DNA from: a virus
Taxonomy: Duplodnaviria; Caudoviricetes
IMG/VR virus record: IMGVR_UViG_3300046318_000439
Coordinates: 1 to 64,000 of that record
Strand: one strand, 5' to 3'
Length of the DNA: 64,000 bases
In this document: piece by piece, positions 48,868-59,332 of the stretch
How positions within the stretch are numbered: position 1 is the first letter of the stretch
How the letters are laid out: each line of letters begins with the position of its first letter
Notes under the pieces: model-generated
Told to the model about the DNA's origin: nothing
The model's database searches: none
Seen by the model: only the letters and a program-made list of their open reading frames with translations
Made by a program: the position numbers and the translations under genes

Positions 48868-50310
48868 TTATAAAATGTAACACTCCACTAATTTTTCTTC
48901 AAGTTGAGAGTTTGTATGTAAGGCAATAGCAATAGGATTCACTATACCCGAAATTGCGCATCCATCAAGACCAGCTACAAGAGTCTGTCCTTTTTTGATA
49001 GCCCCAACTACTCGAACAGGCACTCGCCCTTTTAGCGCAATTGGTTGACCTGCTGCATCTGCATTCATTAGGTAAGCTGGATTTGTGGATACCACGCCAA
49101 TCGCTGGTTGACTAAAATGACTTGATGCAGTGCATTCGGCTTCAGTTGTATCATCTGCTATCACCACAACAGTGCCAGGTATATATTCTTTGTCTGTAGT
49201 GTATTTTTCTGCTATGTCGGCATATCGTGCACTGGTAGCAGTTGCTGTTATAACGCCAGCGCTGAAATTGCCACTTGCATCACGAGCAACAATTGTAGAT
49301 CCCGTCGCTGCGTCTGTCGCACTACGATTGGCACCAGCATACAGTAACGTATTGGCACCCGTTGCCGTACCACTCAATGAGGCCGTTATAACACCAGCAC
49401 TGAAATTGCCACTTGCGTCTCGTGACACTACTTTATTTGCTGTGGCAGCAGACGTTGCATCAACGTTAAGAGTGATATCTGATGTTAGTGTTCCACCACC
49501 AACCATAAAGCTTCCGTTTGACACTGAACGAGCACATTGATTGGCCGTACCGTTTAATGTGCCAGTAACTCCGCCTGTGGCTGTAATTAAGCCAGTAACA
49601 CTGACTGTGTTAGAGAAAGTAGCCGCGCCTACCACCCCTAGTGTAGTAGAAACGTTCGCAGAACCAGTTACGTTTATACCAGCGCCAGGACTAAGAAGTC
49701 CTCCAACAGAAAGTGTGTTAGAGAAAGTGCCAGCGAGAACGCCAGTAAATGTTCCACCTATTCTTAAAGCACTGGCTACGTTTGCAGAACCAGTTACAGT
49801 TAAAGCAGCGTCTGGAGTAGTGTTATTAATACCTACACGGTTATTAACGCCATCAACAAACAAAACTCCACTATCAAAAATTGAGTTACCAGTTGTGACT
49901 GTAAGATTAGTTGTGGTGACGTTGGATGCAGCTGTAATGTTTGTTGCAACAAAATCGCCGATTACGTTAGCAGCACCAGTTACAACAAAAGCTACCGTTT
50001 GACCTAATGCAGTATTAACCCCGACGCGATTGTTAGTAGCATCAATAGAAAGTGTACTTGTATCGAATGTTGCATTTGCAGCACCAAATGTTGAGATGCC
50101 TGCTACTTGAAGGGTTGTCCCAACGTTGGCAAATCCACCAATTGAGGTATTACCGGTTAGTGTGCTAGTGCCAGTAACTGCTAATGTGTTTGAGAAAGCC
50201 GCTGCATTGATGACAGATAGCTGTTGAGTTATTGATACGTTTCCAGTAACCGATGCGTTTTCTGAAACGATGAGTCCTTTACGGACTCGGAAGTCTTGAA
50301 TTGCTGCCAT
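48868..50310 (-). CDS. Tail-fibre-like protein with C-terminal peptidase G2-like autoproteolytic chaperone domain, 480 aa
   Basis: SARYADIAEKY...GTVVVI...IGVVSTNPAYLMN...ALKGRVPV.V.G.IKKG; duplicated RDASGNFSAGVITA. Confidence 0.75.
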   Translation of the reverse strand: MAAIQDFRVRKGLIVSENASVTGNVSITQQLSVINAAAFSNTLAVTGTSTLTGNTSIGGFANVGTTLQVAGISTFGAANATFDTSTLSIDATNNRVGVNTALGQTVAFVVTGAANVIGDFVATNITAASNVTTTNLTVTTGNSIFDSGVLFVDGVNNRVGINNTTPDAALTVTGSANVASALRIGGTFTGVLAGTFSNTLSVGGLLSPGAGINVTGSANVSTTLGVVGAATFSNTVSVTGLITATGGVTGTLNGTANQCARSVSNGSFMVGGGTLTSDITLNVDATSAATANKVVSRDASGNFSAGVITASLSGTATGANTLLYAGANRSATDAATGSTIVARDASGNFSAGVITATATSARYADIAEKYTTDKEYIPGTVVVIADDTTEAECTASSHFSQPAIGVVSTNPAYLMNADAAGQPIALKGRVPVRVVGAIKKGQTLVAGLDGCAISGIVNPIAIALHTNSQLEEKLVECYIL

Positions 50311-50344
50311 TAGTTTCCCTTTCCACTAACGTTAAATTGTATAA

Positions 50345-51079
50345 TTATGATAACATTAATCTAGCTACCTTAAATGTAGCGTTTGTTGTTGGTGTTGCAA
50401 GAAGACGTACATTACCAGCACTGATATCAGCATCGAATGTACAGAATGTTGCTACTGTGTTGACGACTGCATACTCAGTTAAGAATACAGTAGTACCATC
50501 ATGCGTAAGAAGTAATTCTTCGGACATATATCCAGTCGTTGCATTTTTTACTTCGATTAGATATTTTGTTGTTCTGTATGTAGTAGAGAATGTATCTACA
50601 ATAGTTTGACCTGCTACAGCGTTTGCATATACTGTATTGGTAGATTGAACCGATAATGTAGGTCCAACAGCAGCTCTAACACTTACTGTCAATGTGTTAC
50701 TAATAGTTGTGTTGTTAGATATTGTTACTGTATTAGAAACGTTGAGGTTTGTTGCATACACGAACCATCTATTATCTGTGGTACCTAATGATATATTATT
50801 TGTGCTCGGAACTGTTGATCCTCTAAAGGTCACAGTATTTGCAAAATCGGCTGAGTTGGCAAACAATTCCCAACGGTTGTTAGTATTACCAAGAGCGCGT
50901 CCAGACACATCAGGTACGAAGTTGCCGGTAACGTTGGCGGTAAATACAACACTTCCTCCAACCGTCAAATCTCCAACAACGTTGGCAAAGCCTCTAACGA
51001 GGATATTCTGCTCTATCTCTGCGTCACCAACAACCAGTAACCCGTGTTCTGCTTTGAAGTTTGTATTTCCAGTTGCCAT
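50345..51079 (-). CDS. Fibre/collar-like virion protein, 244 aa
   Basis: LG.T.NRW repeats; C-terminal DTFS..YRT.KYLI.V...E.LL.HDGT...TEY domain common in T4-like phages. Confidence 0.7.
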   Translation of the reverse strand: MATGNTNFKAEHGLLVVGDAEIEQNILVRGFANVVGDLTVGGSVVFTANVTGNFVPDVSGRALGNTNNRWELFANSADFANTVTFRGSTVPSTNNISLGTTDNRWFVYATNLNVSNTVTISNNTTISNTLTVSVRAAVGPTLSVQSTNTVYANAVAGQTIVDTFSTTYRTTKYLIEVKNATTGYMSEELLLTHDGTTVFLTEYAVVNTVATFCTFDADISAGNVRLLATPTTNATFKVARLMLS

Positions 51080-51082
51080 ATA

Positions 51083-52033
51083 TTATGCTAGTAATGAAAC
51101 ATTTAAGGTAAGTTGAGAGTTCGGTGCAGTTTGATTAAATCTCAACAGCGCATGAGTGGTATTAGCGGATATACTATACACTCCTAAATTGGATGAAGGA
51201 GGAGAGTGGAGTGTTGCATATTCTGTTAAGTATGCATTTGTACCATCAGTAACTATTAAGAATTTAGACACACGAGATGTAGATCCATTTTTAATTACAG
51301 ATGTGAAGTCTCCGCCCTTATACATCATCATTTCCCAACTATAAACATTGAGAGGAGAACCTGTCGACGCCCCTAGATCAGTGTTTGATACGTGGGTTTG
51401 AATGCCATCCATACCGTCCGGACCGTGACGCCATTCTCCCATCATTGTTATGTTGTCTGTTACTTCTACTGATCCTGTAAACAATGTATTGGATGTGATG
51501 TTAACGCCATTGGATGTAATATTGACAGTATTGCTGGAAACTGATAATGTATTCCCAGTAATATTAATAGTATTAGATCCAAGCGTTGTATTTGCCCCTG
51601 TAAAATTAGCGTTGCTACCAACGACGATTCTATTGCCAGTTAAAGTAACGTTAGCATTGAATGTAGAATTTGAGCTAACGTTTAATGTGGGACCAGTCAC
51701 ATTCATAGCAATCGCGTTAATGGAGGTCACTGCATTAGTTATGTTTAGATTGGAACTGAAGGCAGCATTAGCACCAGTAAATATTACATTAGAAGAAACA
51801 GTTAAGTTTGCTGCAGCGTTGACTGTACCGCCTCTTATACTACTACCAACTGCAATTGTATTAGCACCAAAAATACCAATCAAGTTAGTATTGCCGGTTG
51901 TATTAGCTCCATCGTTAGATGAGTTGGCTGTAATTATCTCTGAACCAAGAGTAGAAATTATTTGATTAGTTTTTGTAATAAGTGAGGAAAACGTATCCGT
52001 CGCTATTACAATTGAGGTTATATTCTTTGCCAT
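51083..52033 (-). CDS. Asn/Thr-rich fibre-like virion protein, 316 aa
   Basis: N-terminal TDTFSSLITKTN; beta repeats; C-terminal domain similar to 50345..51079 (DGTNAYLTEY). Confidence 0.7.
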   Translation of the reverse strand: MAKNITSIVIATDTFSSLITKTNQIISTLGSEIITANSSNDGANTTGNTNLIGIFGANTIAVGSSIRGGTVNAAANLTVSSNVIFTGANAAFSSNLNITNAVTSINAIAMNVTGPTLNVSSNSTFNANVTLTGNRIVVGSNANFTGANTTLGSNTINITGNTLSVSSNTVNITSNGVNITSNTLFTGSVEVTDNITMMGEWRHGPDGMDGIQTHVSNTDLGASTGSPLNVYSWEMMMYKGGDFTSVIKNGSTSRVSKFLIVTDGTNAYLTEYATLHSPPSSNLGVYSISANTTHALLRFNQTAPNSQLTLNVSLLA

Positions 52034-52248
52034 TATGCCTTACCGTTCGTTAATATTTCTAGCATACGTTTTATATCAGTCATGTCCTGCTTCAAACCGT
52101 TCACTTCCTCCACTACTTGGGTAAGAGCTAATTCTTTTGCTCTAGCATCCTTGTATGCTTGAAGTCCTGCACTATCAATATTTAGGACAGCTCGAGCACG
52201 GCCAGGAGTATCGTCCTTCATAAACCCAGGAAATTCTGTCTTTATCAT
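52033..52248 (-). CDS. Small coiled-coil hypothetical protein, 71 aa
   Basis: Coupled on both sides; E...LKQDM.DIK.ML..L heptad. Confidence 0.65.
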   Translation of the reverse strand: MIKTEFPGFMKDDTPGRARAVLNIDSAGLQAYKDARAKELALTQVVEEVNGLKQDMTDIKRMLEILTNGKA

Positions 52249-54296
52249 GCTGATACCGCAATCGCTCTAAGATCGTTAATATGAGGAACGCGATAATTAT
52301 TATCCGCTAATAACACAATTTTTATAGCGAAAGTTTTATAACCATCGTAAGCTCCATTTGTAGTGTTGTAATACCGAATGATATTGCCATTCTGTACATT
52401 AACAAATGCAGCATGGGTATCAGTAATTTTTTCAATTTTTAATCCAGCAGAAACCATGCTTGAATTAGAAATGGAATCCGCTACTGTTAATGTTGATGTG
52501 TTTGCAGCAGTCACAACTGATATGATGTGATTATTAGGGAAGTTAGGCTGATACACCTTAACTAAGTCATTTACGGATATAGCAGTGTTTACTACCACAT
52601 CTGTTCCAATGATAACATTGTTGCCTAGCTGAGTTGTATATAATCCATTAGCAGATACCCCAGTATGATATGATGGTACCTTATACTCAAACTCGATAAC
52701 ATCATTACGGTTAGATGGATTACTTAACAACCCCTTGTCTGTTACAAGCTCAAGAATTGTCCAATTTTTATCGTCAAACGGTTCTGGATCCACATTATTA
52801 TGAAACTTTGCATATACTTTAATATCTGTATTAGCAGGCTTGTAGGCACTTATATACACACGAAGATCTTCAGCGTCCTGGCCATCTGCTAACACAACAC
52901 GTTTAGCAACATACTTGGTAGTAGAGTTGCCAGAGTTGGTATATTCATTAGTTGCATCATTATTAATTTCGTAACGATTTACAAATAAGTCTAAGTTTTC
53001 TTCTTTAGCGTATGGAGAAGTATAGATGTTTATTGTATTGAAAGTAATTTCTGATTCTAGAGACTTAGCACCATCAAATAAAGTACCACCATTTAACACC
53101 TCATAAGAGCGAGATGCAATAATGGCTGGGTATGTATCCACAAACTTGATTTGATTGTTTTCTACAGAGGCTTTATTACCAGAAGATTGATAGTACGTAG
53201 AATTGGCTATATTAATTGCCACATTAGAATATGTACTAGCTGGTGTAATTATATTAAATGCTGGTCTAACTTGATTCGCTTCAAAATTTTCAATATACTC
53301 TATCTTACAAGAGGCACTTGAATCCACACCATGGATAACACCATTGTTTGCAAAATAAGAAGTTGAGTTTGCAGTTGAATTTTCTAAAGTCAAACGCTCA
53401 TTCAAAGTATTGAAATCATATACAGTACCGACAGGAGTCTTTAAATAAAATCCTGCAGCATTAGAGAATGAAGGAGCAGTATCAATTGTCATGTATGTGT
53501 TGTTAGCAATTGTTGCGACTGATCGAACATCTGCATTACCGACTGTACCGTCTGTAATTACAAACTTATCTCCAACTTGCAACGTTGAGGCAAACAAGGT
53601 TCCATTACCAACAATAGCTGCACTTGTTGCATTAATAGTTAGTGTGCCTGTGCTGGGAGCTGTGTTCTGATAAACATATTCGCCTCCCTTAAAGTTGCCA
53701 CTAATACTATTAGCAAACATCTTAAAGAATTCGTTATAGCTATTATTGAGTTTGTATGTGGCAGTGTTGCTTGTAAAGCGAGCAATATTCAACGCAAACT
53801 TTAAGTCAGCGTCTTTTAAGGCTGTTAACACTTTACCATTAGTAATGGTGTAAAAGAATCCATCTACCTTACCAGAAGATACTTGAGTGTTGTTTGTAGT
53901 GTTTAAAACCTTTTCGCCAGCTTTATTCCACCACAACTTAAAGTCATCATCACTACCATCGAATTTAACAAGAATAGCATACGACTGAGCTGTTTTAATA
54001 GCAACTGGGAAATTAAAGTTGAATTTTGTTGGAGTTACTGCAGTACTGGTTTCAAATATATCGTTATATTCGACTCGCGCAACTTCCGGATAGGCAGCAC
54101 TTAAATTTGGAACATCATTGTCGATTGGACAAATATAAACTTCAGCGCCTGGCTGAAATATACCAGTTTTGGTTTTACCAGCTACTGGTTTGTTTTTAAA
54201 ATATAGGTCAACGCTAGTAATAAAAATAGTGTCAGCTTGTCTAACTGAATCTTTATCTACGTAGAATGTTTGGGCTAGATCAAATTCTGTTGCCAT
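52245..54296 (-). CDS. Virion structural protein (VrlC-like C-terminal portion), 683 aa
   Basis: LAQTFYV...FITSVDLYFK.KP and DL.F......F at the N-terminus; DLRVY..AYKP..T.IKVY.K and FAIKIV at the C-terminus, as in T4-like cyanophage structural proteins. Confidence 0.7.
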   Translation of the reverse strand: MATEFDLAQTFYVDKDSVRQADTIFITSVDLYFKNKPVAGKTKTGIFQPGAEVYICPIDNDVPNLSAAYPEVARVEYNDIFETSTAVTPTKFNFNFPVAIKTAQSYAILVKFDGSDDDFKLWWNKAGEKVLNTTNNTQVSSGKVDGFFYTITNGKVLTALKDADLKFALNIARFTSNTATYKLNNSYNEFFKMFANSISGNFKGGEYVYQNTAPSTGTLTINATSAAIVGNGTLFASTLQVGDKFVITDGTVGNADVRSVATIANNTYMTIDTAPSFSNAAGFYLKTPVGTVYDFNTLNERLTLENSTANSTSYFANNGVIHGVDSSASCKIEYIENFEANQVRPAFNIITPASTYSNVAINIANSTYYQSSGNKASVENNQIKFVDTYPAIIASRSYEVLNGGTLFDGAKSLESEITFNTINIYTSPYAKEENLDLFVNRYEINNDATNEYTNSGNSTTKYVAKRVVLADGQDAEDLRVYISAYKPANTDIKVYAKFHNNVDPEPFDDKNWTILELVTDKGLLSNPSNRNDVIEFEYKVPSYHTGVSANGLYTTQLGNNVIIGTDVVVNTAISVNDLVKVYQPNFPNNHIISVVTAANTSTLTVADSISNSSMVSAGLKIEKITDTHAAFVNVQNGNIIRYYNTTNGAYDGYKTFAIKIVLLADNNYRVPHINDLRAIAVSA

Positions 54297-54784
54297 TATT
54301 GCTCTCCGAATCCTGATTCGAATTCTGCTTGTGTGGGTCTATATGCTTCAATTGTAATAAAATTCTTGGCGTAGGAAAAGGCCAAGCTTTCGTAGTTTTC
54401 AGGTAGCGTGGATTGATTAATATTCGCTACCACTAATTCCTTCTTACCTGCTAGTAAATTAATTAGGCTGTAATATTGAGCTAGTTCTGTTGTATAACCA
54501 GGAACATTAGATGAATAATAAAAAGTAAACTGCAACTGGCCATTTTTATCACTAACTAGCGGTCCACCCAACTTACCCCCTTGAGGTTTGAATTGCGTAC
54601 TGGTAGCAAGCTTGCCCTCAAAGAATAGATAATGGTAAGTGAGTGGTAGTAAGCCACTCACTGTTATTTCGAAAGACTGATCTCTGACTAAAAATACAAT
54701 TTGGGGATTGCGATTAGTAATTGAACCGCCGCTGCCACCTCCGTAGCCGCTGCCAAAAATATTTAATCCGCTAAAAAATCTCAT
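54296..54784 (-). CDS. Virion structural protein fragment, 162 aa
   Basis: F...GL.P.T.HY.FF.G and L.SD..G.L.F.F motifs of the VrlC-like mid-region. Confidence 0.55.
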   Translation of the reverse strand: MRFFSGLNIFGSGYGGGSGGSITNRNPQIVFLVRDQSFEITVSGLLPLTYHYLFFEGKLATSTQFKPQGGKLGGPLVSDKNGQLQFTFYYSSNVPGYTTELAQYYSLINLLAGKKELVVANINQSTLPENYESLAFSYAKNFITIEAYRPTQAEFESGFGEQ

Positions 54785-54812
54785 TTATTTAACCTTGTTT
54801 ATCTACTTCTAT

Positions 54813-54819
54813 TATTTAT
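54813..54819 (-). promoter_or_regulatory. Late-promoter-like ATAAATA
   Basis: Overlaps the stop of 54816..59324; upstream of the 54784 start. Confidence 0.45.
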
Positions 54820-57800
54820 CCCTGACTTTTTAAGCTGCGTTTAGCAAACTTAGAAAAGAAGCCAGTGATTTTATTGTAAGGAATTTCGATTGCTTGAGCC
54901 ACTAAAGAAGTTGCTAGTAATACAGTACATATACCCCATACTCCATAACCTCTCAACTTAGAACTTACTGGCACAGGCTTGAAGCCTAACTTGCCGATGG
55001 TCCAACATATCGGTAAACCGACTGCCATAATAATCTTACCAGCTAAGCTGCTCTGCTTTCTTACGCCCATCATATAAGCCATCTCTTCTGCCCATGGACG
55101 AGCTAACTTATTCAAATATTTAATAGTCAACTCTTTCTCTATACGAGAATGGGTTTCATTGCTTATGAAAGGAATTACTTTAGGACCATGGCCCTCCATC
55201 CAATCTACAACAGTTTGAGCCCATGCCAAGTAACCATTGAATATCTCTGGATGAGAATCACGCAAATATCTACCAAACGCTTGGTCAGCTGCGTTAACAT
55301 CATCTTCAAAGAATCCTAACTCGTTTAACTTAGCGCAAATAATCTTGCCACCACCACCGCCACCGCCGCTGCTAGGTACTGCTTCTGTAGTGATTTTAAC
55401 TTCACCGCGTGTTCTCAAGCGGAAGGTTGATGGGCCGATCACCATTGATCCACCGTAGTTTGTTTTATTGCCATCAGAATTAACTGTAGAAGTAGCTAAA
55501 TCTTGAGTAATTAATGATTCTTCAACATAAGGCAATAAAATAGAGTTACTATTATAGATTGCATTATTCGTTGTAGAGTCTGTTCTACTGAAAATGGTAT
55601 TTAAGTTAAACTGTTTAGATCTTGGATGCAACTCACTAAGACTTTGTTCAATGGTAGCATTGAACTCTTTGCTTGACTCTTCTGCAAACATATAGTCATC
55701 AAAATCATCTACAAAGAATCCGTTTTTAAATCTATTCACCAATGGGTTAGCTGTACTAGGAATTACTAGATCTTTTACTTCTGTTTCTAGTAAGTTGAGA
55801 CTTACGTAGTATTCAAGCTGATTAATCCGTTTTTCTAGATTGCCAATATCAGTCATAGAATAACTCTTTGCCTGATTATTTTCCTCAAAAATAGAGGTAG
55901 AAATACTAGAAGAATAATTACTAATGCGTGAGTTGATTACCCCAAGCTCGTTACCTACACTCTTATCAAATATTTCTACATTGGTGTTGCTTACTGACAA
56001 CGGTAGAGAAGGATATGGGCTTGTTGAGATTATAGACAACGTTACGCTGTCGTTAGGTTTACGAGGAGGACGTGCTCCAGTCACAGATGGGTTACCTTCT
56101 AGTACTTGGAAAGATCCATCTTTCTTAGCAACTACTCTATCAACACGTGAGAGATAGTATTCAGCGTTGAAAGAGATTTCTGAATCAGGCGCTGGAAATA
56201 ATTTATCATTAGAGTTGAATACTTCAGTGTTAGCTGGATTGACCGGAGCCCCAGCTACTGTGTTAGCAATTGCCACTGTATTAGCTACGTATGGTCGGAA
56301 GTCGAACGAATCGCGCAAGTCAAAATATTGTTTGTCTGATGTAATTACTTCTGGAATTTCTACTGTATTAACAGTATTGCTAGAAGCGCTTAATGTTTTA
56401 CCATCATTGATTGAATATGAGGATACAGTTAAGAATCCTTCACCAGAAGATGTAAAATTATCACATTTAACTAACAACCATTGTGTCGATCCAATATTTA
56501 ACGTAGATGTGCTCTTCTTGACCAAATAGGACTGACCGTAGAAGTTACCATCGTGGCCTTGGTCGATGTAGAAGTGTTTAGTTACATCGAGATCAGCAGC
56601 TGTATTTCCAAGATATACCTTTTTCAAACGCACCGCATCCGGTAGACCTAAAGACCATGGTCCAGTCGATCCAGCAACGTTATTGCCAGTATATAACTTA
56701 ATGTAGTTATCACGACGTACTGTCTTTGTTGACTGAACTGCTGTTGTTCGTTTTACGTTATATGTGACAGCTGTATTTACAGTACCACTTAGCGTTTCAT
56801 TTACATACACCTTCAACGTGCTACTACTAGGACCTGTATTAACTACACGTGTATCACGTGAAGCTAAAGGGATCGGATAGAATGCAGGGAAAAACTTCTT
56901 AGCTTTAGCTGAGGTGTTAGAAAATGATCCATTACTGTTAATGGATATATGAGTTGCATTTGTAATGCCAGTAACTCGACGCACTCCTGTTGCAGTTGCG
57001 TTTGCAGCTAGCAATATGTAATCACCAACACGCAAATCGTTAGCAAAGTTGGTGGAAGATCCTATAACGACATTAGAAGTCGTAGACACCGTCAGAGTAC
57101 CACCCAAGTTAGCAGAAGCTTCAGCATTAGCCAACGGAACAACAATAATATCATTCTTTTGAGTTGTAGTTAAACTAGCATCTGGCCCATAAGGAAACTG
57201 CTCATTAGGGTTGGCTGTTAAGTCCAACGTTAGCATACCATTAGCATTTAAAGTAACCGCTTCATCAGTGGTTCGATATGTAAATCCTATATTGTTAGCT
57301 ACTTTAACGGCATTAAGTCCTGTTGGGAAAAGCAGATTGCTATTATCTGTATCTTTTAGTACAGCTTCGTTTAATGTAGTAGTTGGATTATATTCCAAAA
57401 CAGCATCAGCCACACCATCATTAGTGCCATTGTAATTAACTGAACGCACATTACGGAATACTTTACCAGCAGACATCTTTATATCAAACAAATATATGCG
57501 ATATACTGCATCTGGTGTGCCTGGTTCTCCAGCCTCATGTACTAAGGATCTGATACGAGCAGTACCAATCACTTCGCCAGTAGGCGTAATAGAAGTGCCA
57601 GAAGGAACGCCAATGTTTGTTATATAAGCTTGAGCTGTATCATATAATGATATTGTATCGCCAGACTTAAATTTGAAATTCCCAGCCAACTCTTTGATTC
57701 GTAAATAATTGCCATAGTTTGCTGTAATTACTTGCCCACTCTTTGTTAAAGTGTCTGTTGATTTTCTTACATCGAGATATGTATTTTTTAACGTCTGAAT

Positions 57801-59324
57801 GCGCTCACCAGAAATATAGGCCAATCCTGGATCAATTACTACTGCATTATGAGTGGTATTTGATAGGGAAGTGCCATCATCGAAATCTTTATCTTTAGTA
57901 ATTACTAAAAACTCATCTACGACAAAGTCTCCACTCGTTTCACTGGTGCGTCGAGCAAATTCTTTACCTAAGATATTGTATACAGTGTTTCTATTTTCTT
58001 TATATGGTTCGCCGTTCTTAAATTCAACTAAAGTAAAGAACTCAACGTTGGCAGCTGCATTTGCAGAACTAATTGTTACTAACTCTGGTACTAACTTTAA
58101 TCGATCAGCACCTGGAGCAGCATAGTTAGTGGTACCTAACGCATTATCATATAAAGTACTATCAGTATTAACGTTAGCAGTAGTTTCTGCTGTTTTGAAA
58201 CCGACCACTACATTATTAGGTTGGCCTGAGTATTTGTCAACCACAATTACTTGTGGATCCACTCTTAGGAAATATCCTTTTTGATATATGATACCTTCTG
58301 TTGTGGAGAAAGCATATCCATTACCAACAGGAGCAGTGAAGTCATTATTAGCAATAGTTACTTGTGCTTTATAATTTTTACTTGTCAAACTCAACGTGCT
58401 GATTGAAGCGGTATTGTTTGTTGGCTTAATAGTAACATGAGGTGGAATAACGTAATTGTTACCCCCTGATTGAATATTTACGTTTACAATCACTCCAAGT
58501 GAGTCGGTTGTAATCACACCCGCAGCACCACTACCAACTAAGCTAGTTACGTTTGCCACAGCTCCGGATGATCCTCCAGTAATGTTGTAGCCAGGTGTAA
58601 AGGACCACTCACTGGTATTTGCCGATGTGTTTGCTAAATCAGCATTCAATGGTTTAATCTGTAGTACTAAAGTATCTGTGATAATACTATTATTGACGCC
58701 AATAACAACAGCTTGAGCTCCAGTGGTAGCTTGTGTAATCGTTTCGCCGTTAGAGAATGCACCAGACGTTGTATTGACTCCCAACGCACTAACAACAACA
58801 AGACTGTCGGAGTTAGAGAAATTCAAACCTCCGTTATTAACATCTACTGCATAAATTGGATAATCCTTGCTGTATACGGTTAATACATCACCATTAGAGT
58901 ATAGAGTTGTATTTCCAGTATCAGAACTATTAACATATTGTAAATATAGAGTGTTTAGATCTGGATCCTTTTGCTCGAATCCTGGACTTGTTTTGACGAC
59001 GCGTGCTACTAAATTGGAGCTGTTTCTGACAAACAACCCTTCATAAGATACCGGAATTGTTGGCTGTCCGTCTACCTGCAAATCGAGAACTTTAATATAT
59101 TGGTAGTTAGGAAGATATCTAAAGTTAACACCACTGATGATGGTTCCACTCTTAAATACATGATCCCCAAAACGTTCAATTTGTTTTTGGAGAATTGATT
59201 GGAGTTGGTTTAACTCACGGGCTTGTAAAGCAACGCTTGGCTTGAATAAGATACCGTAGTAATCTTTTGCTTCAGTATAGTCGTTAAAATATGGACTACG
59301 TGATAAATTGGTCTCGAGTGGCAT
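54816..59324 (-). CDS. DUF4815/VrlC-like baseplate-associated structural protein, 1502 aa, with poly-Gly-KIIC C-terminal domain
   Basis: PYF.DY...K.YY.ILFKP..ALQARELNQLQSILQ.QIERFG N-terminus; APGADRLK; LE.RI..LEYY.SL.LLE; RFKNGFFVDDF. Confidence 0.85.
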   Translation of the reverse strand: MPLETNLSRSPYFNDYTEAKDYYGILFKPSVALQARELNQLQSILQKQIERFGDHVFKSGTIISGVNFRYLPNYQYIKVLDLQVDGQPTIPVSYEGLFVRNSSNLVARVVKTSPGFEQKDPDLNTLYLQYVNSSDTGNTTLYSNGDVLTVYSKDYPIYAVDVNNGGLNFSNSDSLVVVSALGVNTTSGAFSNGETITQATTGAQAVVIGVNNSIITDTLVLQIKPLNADLANTSANTSEWSFTPGYNITGGSSGAVANVTSLVGSGAAGVITTDSLGVIVNVNIQSGGNNYVIPPHVTIKPTNNTASISTLSLTSKNYKAQVTIANNDFTAPVGNGYAFSTTEGIIYQKGYFLRVDPQVIVVDKYSGQPNNVVVGFKTAETTANVNTDSTLYDNALGTTNYAAPGADRLKLVPELVTISSANAAANVEFFTLVEFKNGEPYKENRNTVYNILGKEFARRTSETSGDFVVDEFLVITKDKDFDDGTSLSNTTHNAVVIDPGLAYISGERIQTLKNTYLDVRKSTDTLTKSGQVITANYGNYLRIKELAGNFKFKSGDTISLYDTAQAYITNIGVPSGTSITPTGEVIGTARIRSLVHEAGEPGTPDAVYRIYLFDIKMSAGKVFRNVRSVNYNGTNDGVADAVLEYNPTTTLNEAVLKDTDNSNLLFPTGLNAVKVANNIGFTYRTTDEAVTLNANGMLTLDLTANPNEQFPYGPDASLTTTQKNDIIVVPLANAEASANLGGTLTVSTTSNVVIGSSTNFANDLRVGDYILLAANATATGVRRVTGITNATHISINSNGSFSNTSAKAKKFFPAFYPIPLASRDTRVVNTGPSSSTLKVYVNETLSGTVNTAVTYNVKRTTAVQSTKTVRRDNYIKLYTGNNVAGSTGPWSLGLPDAVRLKKVYLGNTAADLDVTKHFYIDQGHDGNFYGQSYLVKKSTSTLNIGSTQWLLVKCDNFTSSGEGFLTVSSYSINDGKTLSASSNTVNTVEIPEVITSDKQYFDLRDSFDFRPYVANTVAIANTVAGAPVNPANTEVFNSNDKLFPAPDSEISFNAEYYLSRVDRVVAKKDGSFQVLEGNPSVTGARPPRKPNDSVTLSIISTSPYPSLPLSVSNTNVEIFDKSVGNELGVINSRISNYSSSISTSIFEENNQAKSYSMTDIGNLEKRINQLEYYVSLNLLETEVKDLVIPSTANPLVNRFKNGFFVDDFDDYMFAEESSKEFNATIEQSLSELHPRSKQFNLNTIFSRTDSTTNNAIYNSNSILLPYVEESLITQDLATSTVNSDGNKTNYGGSMVIGPSTFRLRTRGEVKITTEAVPSSGGGGGGGKIICAKLNELGFFEDDVNAADQAFGRYLRDSHPEIFNGYLAWAQTVVDWMEGHGPKVIPFISNETHSRIEKELTIKYLNKLARPWAEEMAYMMGVRKQSSLAGKIIMAVGLPICWTIGKLGFKPVPVSSKLRGYGVWGICTVLLATSLVAQAIEIPYNKITGFFSKFAKRSLKSQG

Positions 59325-59332
59325 AGGTCCTC

